This document shows, piece by piece, positions 1 through 7,145 of a stretch of DNA of 26,102 nt; the first letter of the stretch is position 1; the number at the start of each line of letters is the position of its first letter. The stretch is from Candidatus Sulfobium sp. (GTDB lineage Bacteria; Nitrospirota; Thermodesulfovibrionia; Thermodesulfovibrionales; UBA6898): assembly GCA_037380845.1 (NCBI GenBank), contig JARRRI010000030.1, forward strand, positions 1 to 26,102, given 5' to 3'. The notes beneath the pieces were generated by a model that saw only the letters and a program-made list of their open reading frames with translations, was not told the origin of the DNA and did not search any database. The translations under genes and the position numbers were made by a program.

Positions 1-204
1 CGACAGCGATACGTCCCTTCCCTGCAGATCCCGCAGTCTGAAATCGGGTGCGCCACTGCCCGCCAGAGCGGAAGAAGCGGACCTGTTATCTGCGGTCCTC
101 TTCTCTCGCGAACAGGAGAACGCGGCGATACAGAAAAGAAACACGAGAATGATTATGAACGTCCGTCTCAGACCGAAACCTGAGACCTTCCGGTATATCT
201 CCAT
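1..204 (-). CDS. TlpA/ResA-family thiol:disulfide oxidoreductase, probable lipoprotein (5' part only; runs off the window edge)
   Basis: Not in the ORF track. Manual translation from ATG 204 gives MEIYRKVSGFGLRRTFIIILVFLFCIAAFSCSREK...GAPDFRLRDLQGRDVSLS: hydrophobic signal, lipobox-like AFSC and the APDFxLxDLxGxxVSLS start of a TlpA/redoxin domain. Directly downstream of trxA. Confidence 0.85.
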   Translation of the reverse strand, partial: MEIYRKVSGFGLRRTFIIILVFLFCIAAFSCSREKRTADNRSASSALAGSGAPDFRLRDLQGRDVSLS

Positions 205-242
205 CTCAGCTGCAAACAAAAAAATTACGCTTCACAAGGATG

Positions 243-575
243 TCAGGCCCCAAGTATGGCATCGATCTTCGCCTTCAACTGGGGTTTCGGAACGGCGCCG
301 ACGATTTGGTCCACCTTCTGGCCGTCTTTGAAGAACATGAGGGTCGGGATACCCATTATCTTATACCTGCTCGCGATCTCCGGGTTTTCATCGGTATTCA
401 GTTTACACACTTTAACCTTGCCGGAGTATTCCTTTGCCAACTCCTCGACGGTCGGAGCGATTATGCGGCAGGGGCCGCACCACACTGCCCAGAAATCGAT
501 CATCACCGGACCGCCCGCATTCAGAACTTCATTTTCCCACGACGCTGTTGTAACCTCAAGCACTCCTTCAGCCAT
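243..575 (-). CDS. trxA: Thioredoxin
   Basis: WAVWCGPC active site and GIPTL cis-Pro motif. Start placed at ATG 575 (MAEGV) because SD AGGAGGTGA lies at 589-581. Confidence 0.97.
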   Translation of the reverse strand: MAEGVLEVTTASWENEVLNAGGPVMIDFWAVWCGPCRIIAPTVEELAKEYSGKVKVCKLNTDENPEIASRYKIMGIPTLMFFKDGQKVDQIVGAVPKPQLKAKIDAILGA

Positions 576-604
576 AGCTCTCACCTCCTAGGATAAACTT
601 TTTA

Positions 605-634
605 ATTATATTTAGTTGCAGAGTGGTTTGTCAA
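605..634 (-). promoter_or_regulatory. Sigma70 promoter of trxA
   Basis: Perfect TTGACA (634-629), 18-nt spacer, TATAAT (610-605), just upstream of the trxA SD. Confidence 0.8.
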
Positions 635-672
635 CGAAATGCCGGCCCTGACGAGCCGTCATTCCAGCGCCG

Positions 673-825
673 CCGCGACCCCGCAAAGGTTCGGAATAAA
701 GGCGTTGCTCCGCCTACGCTGTCCGGTCTTAAACCGGAAACAAATAATCAGCCGGCAAACACCGGAGACCGGAAAGGAATACTCATGAGGATGGAGGGTT
801 CCGCCTTTCAGGTGAATTGTCGCGG
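673..825. other. Nested inverted-repeat region, candidate structured RNA or palindromic element
   Basis: Nested complementary pairs 673-679/819-825, 698-704/802-808, 708-715/788-796 (imperfect) and 722-729/766-773. Confidence 0.3.
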
Positions 826-894
826 GTTGATAACCCCCTGATTTTACTTTGCGTTCCCGCCGTTCATTGCAAGAGACTGCTTTTCAGGCATCAA

Positions 895-923
895 TTGACA
901 GTTGTACGATTTTCTGTTATTTT
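895..923 (+). promoter_or_regulatory. Sigma70 promoter with extended -10, probably leaderless
   Basis: TTGACA 895-900, 17-nt spacer containing TG at 915-916, TATTTT 918-923, 8 nt, then ATG 932; no SD. Confidence 0.7.
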
Positions 924-931
924 CTCTAGTA

Positions 932-1714
932 ATGAAAAGAGCTTTGTTCCTCGGCCTCCTGCTTCTTCTGCTACCGACCCGGTCATATGCGTTTGATATT
1001 CTGGGTCTTCAGCCGGTTGCTCCTTACGGGGTTTTTTCTACCTTCAGCACCGAGAGCCTGCCGAAGAACAAAGGGGCTTTCGAAACAGCCTTTGAAAAAT
1101 CCAAGGACCCGGATTTTTACAGGTTCGCCCTGTTGGGGGCTTACGGCATCTCGGATTCGCTTGAATTCGATATCACCATCCCATATGTATATCATTTTTC
1201 GGATTCAGTCGACGGCATGGAGGATATTGCACTGGGGTTCAAGCACAGGTTTTATAATGAGGGGAAATACGGACCCTCTCTTGCGTACATCATAAACGCC
1301 TCCATAAACAACGGCCGGGATGAGTTCAGTACCAATGGAAGCTTCGGGGTCGGGCTCATTGTCAGCAAGAGAGTGGGGCCTTTCAAAGGGCACTTCAATG
1401 TATTCTATCAGAGGCCCGGCTCAGGCAAACTTCTCGACGAACTGTCGTTCCGGGGAGGGGTTGAACTTTCGGCCGGTCACAATTTCACCATACTTAGTGA
1501 ACTTCTTGTGCAGAAGGATTATTTTACCAACGAGTACAAACACGTAGAGGCGCGTTTCGGATACAGACTCAGAACAACCGAAAATATTTACACCACGATA
1601 GGAGCGGGCTTGGATCTTAAGGCCAGGAGTCCGGAATTCAGGGTCCTTTTTTCAGTAAGCTTTACTCCCCCGCCGGAAAAGAAGATAATTAGGAAGATAT
1701 ACGAGGAAGAATAA
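932..1714 (+). CDS. Exported, probable outer-membrane beta-barrel protein (MetA-pathway-of-phenol-degradation-like transporter family)
   Basis: Signal peptide MKRALFLGLLLLLLPTRSYA, alternating hydrophobic strands, LGAYGISDSLEFDITIPY and GMEDIALGFKHRF motifs. Start at ATG 932 rather than 902. Confidence 0.65.
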   Translation: MKRALFLGLLLLLLPTRSYAFDILGLQPVAPYGVFSTFSTESLPKNKGAFETAFEKSKDPDFYRFALLGAYGISDSLEFDITIPYVYHFSDSVDGMEDIALGFKHRFYNEGKYGPSLAYIINASINNGRDEFSTNGSFGVGLIVSKRVGPFKGHFNVFYQRPGSGKLLDELSFRGGVELSAGHNFTILSELLVQKDYFTNEYKHVEARFGYRLRTTENIYTTIGAGLDLKARSPEFRVLFSVSFTPPPEKKIIRKIYEEE

Positions 1715-1767
1715 GAATAACCCCGCTTCAATAACTTCATTACAGTAATTTAACAGAGGGACGACCG

Positions 1768-2103
1768 ATGTTTGATATAGGCTTACAGGAACTGATCATC
1801 ATTTTCGTGGTTGCGCTTCTGGTCTTCGGTCCCAAGAGACTGCCTGAAGTCGGCAGGACCCTTGGAAAATGGATCGGTGAACTGCGGAAGGGCATCTATG
1901 ATGCCAAGATGCAGATGGAATCCGAGTTCGAGGAAATCCAGAAGGGGACCGGAGAGGAGATGCCCAAGAATATCGCTGAAGAAGATGCGTTGGAAAAGGA
2001 GCCGGACACAGGGAAAGAAGGGGGTGGGGCTCCGAAAGAGGAGGGTGATGTGCCGCGCGGGGAGGGTGACGAACTGAATGAAAGAGGTGACGCGAAGAAA
2101 TGA
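1768..2103 (+). CDS. tatB: Twin-arginine translocase subunit TatB (TatA/B family)
   Basis: MFDIGLQELIIIFVVALLVFGPKRLP, amphipathic helix, acidic tail; ATGA overlap with tatC. Confidence 0.88.
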   Translation: MFDIGLQELIIIFVVALLVFGPKRLPEVGRTLGKWIGELRKGIYDAKMQMESEFEEIQKGTGEEMPKNIAEEDALEKEPDTGKEGGGAPKEEGDVPRGEGDELNERGDAKK

Positions 2104-2873
2104 AAGAAACTGAAATGCCATTGACGGAGCATCTCGGCGAACTTCGCAGGAGCATTCTGATTTCCGTAGTATTCATCGGCATTGCCTTTGTGGTGGCTTT
2201 CTATTTTTCCGAAGATATCTTCAATCTCCTGATGTTCCCGATGAGAGGCGAAATAAAGGTGGATCTCAGGACGCCTTATTTTCATATCATGGAAAAGGCA
2301 AAGCCGACATCTCTCGTGTTTCTGTCTCCTGCCGAGGCATTCTGGATGTACCTGAAAATATCGTTTGTGGCTGGACTCATATGCGCTCTTCCCGCTATTT
2401 TTTATGAGATATGGCGTTTTATTTCCCCCGGACTACTGCAGAAGGAAAAAAAGTATTTCCTTCCTTTTATAATGTCTTCTACCACCCTTTTTCTCATCGG
2501 GGCATCATTCTGTTTCATCATAGTCCTTCCTTTCGCGATGACTTTTCTGCTGGGCTATCAGACCAAAAACCTGACCCCCATGATCTCCGTTGGCAACTAT
2601 ATCGATTTCTGTCTTAAATTCATCCTTGCCTTCGGGGTCATTTTCGAACTCCCTCTTGTAATCGTCTTTCTTACACGGTTCGGCATCGTCTCACCGAAGA
2701 CGCTGGCCAGGCAAAGGAAGTACGCCGTGCTTTTTGCATTCATCCTGGCAGCGGTCCTGACCCCGACTCCTGATGCTTTTAACCAGACGCTGATGGCTGT
2801 GCCTATAATAATTCTCTATGAACTTGGTATACTAATATCGAGGATCATGCACAAGAGGAGGGAAAATGCCTAA
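2100..2873 (+). CDS. tatC: Twin-arginine translocase subunit TatC
   Basis: MPLTEHLGELRR, FISPGLLQKEKK, FELP and AVLTPTPD motifs; multiple TM segments. Confidence 0.97.
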   Translation: MKETEMPLTEHLGELRRSILISVVFIGIAFVVAFYFSEDIFNLLMFPMRGEIKVDLRTPYFHIMEKAKPTSLVFLSPAEAFWMYLKISFVAGLICALPAIFYEIWRFISPGLLQKEKKYFLPFIMSSTTLFLIGASFCFIIVLPFAMTFLLGYQTKNLTPMISVGNYIDFCLKFILAFGVIFELPLVIVFLTRFGIVSPKTLARQRKYAVLFAFILAAVLTPTPDAFNQTLMAVPIIILYELGILISRIMHKRRENA

Positions 2874-3144
2874 TGTCCGGGGCAAAAGCCTTAAAGCGGT
2901 AGTCCGGGATGTGGCGGCGGGCTATGTTATGGTAAACCCCATTTTCCTGAAATCCTTCGATGACGGCACACTGAGGACCTTTTACGGGGAGATGTCAAAG
3001 GTGCAGATAGAAATAAGGTCGGAGAAATTTCCGACCCATGACATCGCCGCCATTCGGAACAGAAACCTCCGGCTGCAGCGGCTCTATTCAGCGATAATGA
3101 TAACCAGAAATTATGCCAGAGAACGAAAGATAGTCCTGACCTGA
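2866..3144 (+). CDS. Small basic helical hypothetical protein (92 aa)
   Basis: SD-like GAGGAGG upstream, 8-nt overlap with the tatC end, fills the gap to the next gene. Confidence 0.8.
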   Translation: MPNVRGKSLKAVVRDVAAGYVMVNPIFLKSFDDGTLRTFYGEMSKVQIEIRSEKFPTHDIAAIRNRNLRLQRLYSAIMITRNYARERKIVLT

Positions 3145-3154
3145 ACAGTCTTCC

Positions 3155-4687
3155 ATGTTGAATGATGAAGAATTAGGAAAAGTCAAAGACATCGTCCAGT
3201 CATTCCTCAAGGCAATCAGGCAGAACGAGATGCTTTACGACTCTGAGCAGGTATATTACAGCCCCGACAAGGAAGATAACCTCGCTCTTTTCTTTTTTAA
3301 AGACGGCCTGCGGGAGATTACCTTCAAGAAGGGGCTTTCCTACGAGGAGATGCAGGATTTTCTGAAAATCATTTCCCTGGATTTCAGCAGAGACGTCCTT
3401 GAGGATGACGTTGTAACGCTCTTCTGGGAAAAGGACTTCCAGAATATTGATTACGTGGTCGACGAAATCACGCTTGCGGACGATGACGATTATGAGTCCA
3501 GGTCCCTCGCCGCTCTTGAAGAGAAGGAAACAGGGCAGGATGATCTCCTAAGGGCCTACCGGGACGCATTCAAGGAAGGCGATGAGGTAGGTGATATATC
3601 GATAGTACCGCTCACCGACAAGGATTTGCAGCTTCTGTTGAAAGAGATCGAGAGGGATTCCCTGAACAAGGCCGGCAAGTTGACGGATATACTTTTTGAA
3701 ATGGTTTACCTTTGCGAAACCAGGGAAGATCTTGAAGAGCTGGCGGGTTTTCTGGGCGATTCCGTTGCGTTTTCAATAGGCCTGGGGGATATTTCCGACG
3801 CATCCGCGATAGTGCGGCGGGTATCGCAGATGGCACAGGATAACAAGCTGACCGATGATTCCAAAGAATATCTCAAAAAGGTGGTCCACCTCGCGGGCGG
3901 CGAACGGGTCATAACCCTTCTGGGGGAGGTGCTCGACAGCGGACTGGAGGTCGAGGAGAAAGTCATCGCGGAATTCGTGAGCCTGCTCGACAAGAACGCA
4001 ATTGTACCTTTCATGAAAGTCCTCGGGGAGTTAAAGAGCATGAGTGCCAGAAAGACGGTGATAGATGCCCTGGTCCATTTGGGGGCCCGGGACATCCTGT
4101 CGCTCGCCAAAGGTCTCAACGATTCGAGATGGTACGTCGTAAGGAACATAATTTACATACTCCGAAAGATCGGTGACAAGAGGGCCGTCGATTACCTGTT
4201 GAGGACTGTCAGACACGGAGACATCAGGGTAAAGAAAGAGGTCATCAGGGCCCTCGGAGAACTCGGCGGGACAGGAGTACTCCAGACGCTTCGTGAGTGT
4301 CTCGACGACCCGGATGCCCAGGTCAGGTCTGCCGCGCTGAGGGCGCTGGGCAATGTGGGTTCCGAGGCGGCCAAGAGAATTCTTGTAAACAAAGTTGTGG
4401 AAAAGGATTTTAAAGACAGGGATTTTGAGGAGAAGAAGGAATACTTTGAGGTGCTTTCGCGATGGAAAGATGAAGAAATTTACAGTTTTCTGATAAGCAC
4501 TCTGAAGAAGAAGTCCTTCTTCGGCCGCTCGAAGAATTATGAAAACCGTGCCTGCGCCGCCTATTGTCTCGGTCTGATGCGCAGTACCGATGCCCTTCCT
4601 GTCCTTCAGAAGTTCCGCAATGACGGCAACAAGCTGCTGAGGGAATTCGTTTATACGGCGATCAAGAGAATACAGTATGGACAATAG
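3155..4687 (+). CDS. HEAT/PBS-lyase-like repeat protein with unnamed N-terminal domain and acidic linker; probable internal deletion near the N-terminus
   Basis: Repeats such as LNDSRWYVVRNIIYILRKIGD, HGDIRVKKEVIRALGELGG, LDDPDAQVRSAALRALGNVGS and RACAAYCLGLM. Confidence 0.9.
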   Translation: MLNDEELGKVKDIVQSFLKAIRQNEMLYDSEQVYYSPDKEDNLALFFFKDGLREITFKKGLSYEEMQDFLKIISLDFSRDVLEDDVVTLFWEKDFQNIDYVVDEITLADDDDYESRSLAALEEKETGQDDLLRAYRDAFKEGDEVGDISIVPLTDKDLQLLLKEIERDSLNKAGKLTDILFEMVYLCETREDLEELAGFLGDSVAFSIGLGDISDASAIVRRVSQMAQDNKLTDDSKEYLKKVVHLAGGERVITLLGEVLDSGLEVEEKVIAEFVSLLDKNAIVPFMKVLGELKSMSARKTVIDALVHLGARDILSLAKGLNDSRWYVVRNIIYILRKIGDKRAVDYLLRTVRHGDIRVKKEVIRALGELGGTGVLQTLRECLDDPDAQVRSAALRALGNVGSEAAKRILVNKVVEKDFKDRDFEEKKEYFEVLSRWKDEEIYSFLISTLKKKSFFGRSKNYENRACAAYCLGLMRSTDALPVLQKFRNDGNKLLREFVYTAIKRIQYGQ

Positions 4688-6080
4688 AGAAGAAATCGAA
4701 CTCTTAAGAACGGCAAAAGATCTGATAAATCAGCTTTCAGTGGTTCTGCGCACCTCGCATATCCACAATCCGAACAATATTGCCGTTACACAGGTCATCG
4801 ACAGGCTTGTTCCCCTCATCAATCATCTCGTCAGTTCCGAGAGGATGATAGTCCTCGAGCTGAGGGGCGAATTTTTCTATATCAACGACTTCAGGATCCG
4901 TTACTCTCTCGAGTATCTGCTTAATTTTGACTTTCTGGTGAGGGAATTCAGAAAAAGGGAACTGGGGAGCATTGTTTTTAAGGGCAAGGTCAGTCCGGAG
5001 GACATAAGGAAGTTTGCGAGGGCTTTCGTGGCGTCCACTTTTTCCGAAAAACCCTTTGAAACAATCGAGGACATGACATCCGAAATTAACGACGTCACGG
5101 TCGAGAAATTCAGGAGGATAGTCGAGGACGATTCACTTGAGCCGAGGAAGATGATCAAGAAGACTTATTTCAACGCCGTTTCCTTCACCAGGGGAGTTAT
5201 CAATAAGATCAAGAGCGGCGAGAAGGTCAATATAAAGAAGGCAAAAAGAGTAGTGGAGACGATGGTTGACCAGATACTGGAAGAAGAGCAGCTTCTGCTG
5301 GGCATGACCGCTATAAAGGATTACGACGAATACACCTATCATCATTCTGTAAACGTGAGCATCCTTTCGATTGCACTCGCCCAGCGTCTCGGCCTGAACA
5401 GAAAAATGCTGACTGAACTCGGCATGGTCGCGCTCTTTCATGACATAGGGAAAATGGATATCCCATATGAAATTCTGAACAAGCCCACGAATTTCACCAC
5501 GGAGGAATGGAGGATCATAAAGAAACACCCTGTCTGGGGTGTCAGAACGCTGCTGAAGCTCAAGAAGCTGGACGCACTTACGATCAGATCTGCGATAGTG
5601 GCCTTTGAGCATCACATGAACTATGATCACACCGGTTATCCCAAGGCAAGGAAGAACTTCGAACTCGATTTTTTCACGCGCATAGTGAGTCTTGCCGACC
5701 AGTATGATGCCATGACTTCGTCAAGAGTCTATTCGAGAATTCCCATGTCTCCGGATAAGGCTTTGAGCATCATGATGGAACGCGCCGGTAGCCAGCTCGA
5801 CCCGCTGCTTTTCAAGTTTTTCATAAATATGGTGGGTGTATTTCCGATCGGAACCCTGGTAATGCTGAATACAAGAGAACTCGGGCTTGTCTATGAGAGC
5901 AACCAGCTGTTTCCGGACAGGCCCCGGGTTATGATAATAACGGACAACAAAGGCAGGAGGACCGACAGCCGCGTTGTCGATCTGGCCGAGAAGGACGTTG
6001 AGGAGAGGTACCTCCGGTCGGTAATAAAGACGATGGACCCCAACAAGTACAAGATAAACCTCGCCGAATATCTCCTGTAA
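4677..6080 (+). CDS. HD-GYP domain cyclic-dinucleotide (c-di-GMP) phosphodiesterase
   Basis: DEYTYHHSVNV, FHDIGK, HPVWG, FEHH, GYP and ADQYDAMTSSRVY motifs present; 11-nt overlap with the HEAT gene. Confidence 0.93.
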   Translation: MDNREEIELLRTAKDLINQLSVVLRTSHIHNPNNIAVTQVIDRLVPLINHLVSSERMIVLELRGEFFYINDFRIRYSLEYLLNFDFLVREFRKRELGSIVFKGKVSPEDIRKFARAFVASTFSEKPFETIEDMTSEINDVTVEKFRRIVEDDSLEPRKMIKKTYFNAVSFTRGVINKIKSGEKVNIKKAKRVVETMVDQILEEEQLLLGMTAIKDYDEYTYHHSVNVSILSIALAQRLGLNRKMLTELGMVALFHDIGKMDIPYEILNKPTNFTTEEWRIIKKHPVWGVRTLLKLKKLDALTIRSAIVAFEHHMNYDHTGYPKARKNFELDFFTRIVSLADQYDAMTSSRVYSRIPMSPDKALSIMMERAGSQLDPLLFKFFINMVGVFPIGTLVMLNTRELGLVYESNQLFPDRPRVMIITDNKGRRTDSRVVDLAEKDVEERYLRSVIKTMDPNKYKINLAEYLL

Positions 6081-6089
6081 GGCGGACCG

Positions 6090-7142
6090 TCAGAACCTGA
6101 ACCAGCGTCTTCCCTTCCTGAGACCTGCAAAGACGTTTCTGAGTTCGCGAAGAAGGTTGTTGGTCTCCATCTGAGTCTTCCTTATTTCAGTCAGAATCTT
6201 TATTTCGTCCCGGTTGCCCGTGAAGGAGTCTCTCATCGAGTTCAGGATTTCGTGGATTTCCTGGATCTCCCTGACGATCCTGTCAATACTTTCCGCCGAA
6301 ACAAATGCGGCATCCCCTGCTCCCCCTGCCATCCCGGCCTCCTCCCGGTTGAAAGCAAACTCCCTTCCGATGTCCTGTTCGACACGGACAGGTTCCTCCG
6401 GACGTTCCCGGCCTGAAATCTCGCCGGCTGCCAGGCCGCGCTCCGGCGGAAAGACCGACGCTCGATCCGCTGGGCCGGAATCTGCCTTGTGAAAAACCGG
6501 AGGCGGGGGAGAAGGCGGCACATCCTTCTTTTCTTCAGCGGGTTCGACTTCAATCTTATGTTTTTTCGATATGTACTGCAGCAGGAGTTTCGATATCAGT
6601 TTAAAAGCTTCTTCCACCCCGGTCCCGTCTATGGCTATGCCTTCAATGACAGGATGATTACGAACATCCAGATCGCAGTTCAGCTCTTCGACAGAAGCAA
6701 TGTCCTTAAGGTCTCTTTTGTTGTACTGAAACACAATCGGGATTTCCTCCGCGTCAATGTTGTTGGCAAGGAGATTTTCCCTCATATTGTCCAGGCTCTC
6801 TATGTTCTGCTCCCTCATTTCACTCTGGGAATCAGCCACAAACACCACGGCGTCGGCGCCCTTGAGGACGATCCGTCTTGTAGCATTGTATCTTACCTGT
6901 CCGGGGACCGTATAGAGTTGAAAACGTATCGAAAAATCTCTTATTTTACCCAATTCCACAGGGAGGAAATCGAAGAACAGAGTTCTGTCGGCCTCTGTCG
7001 ACAGGGAAAGCAGCTTGCCCTTTGAGGAAGTATTGAGGGCGGAGTGAAGATACTGAAGGTTGGTCGTCTTTCCGCTCAGCCCAGGACCGTAATACACGAT
7101 CTTCAGAGTTATTTCCTTGGTCGCATAATTGAAAAGTGCCAT
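6090..7142 (-). CDS. mglA: MglA-family small Ras-like GTPase with a ~155-aa C-terminal extension
   Basis: KIVYYGPGLSGKTTNL (G1), DRTLFFDFLP (Arg finger/G2), LYTVPGQ (G3), QYNKRD (G4); then a Pro-rich linker, predicted coiled coil and GLRKGRRWFRF terminus. Confidence 0.9.
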   Translation of the reverse strand: MALFNYATKEITLKIVYYGPGLSGKTTNLQYLHSALNTSSKGKLLSLSTEADRTLFFDFLPVELGKIRDFSIRFQLYTVPGQVRYNATRRIVLKGADAVVFVADSQSEMREQNIESLDNMRENLLANNIDAEEIPIVFQYNKRDLKDIASVEELNCDLDVRNHPVIEGIAIDGTGVEEAFKLISKLLLQYISKKHKIEVEPAEEKKDVPPSPPPPVFHKADSGPADRASVFPPERGLAAGEISGRERPEEPVRVEQDIGREFAFNREEAGMAGGAGDAAFVSAESIDRIVREIQEIHEILNSMRDSFTGNRDEIKILTEIRKTQMETNNLLRELRNVFAGLRKGRRWFRF

Positions 7143-7145
7143 TCG

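Noticed and set aside
641..665. CTGACGA resembling a hammerhead ribozyme core
   Set aside because: No stem II closing onto a correctly placed GAAA, and no stems I/III.
676..780. GCAAA/GGCAAAC words resembling a c-di-GMP-I riboswitch
   Set aside because: Order and pairing do not fit the consensus, and the region is outside both predicted 5' UTRs.
623..841. 72-aa ORF in the trxA intergenic region
   Set aside because: No SD, GTG start inside the trxA promoter, no recognisable motif.
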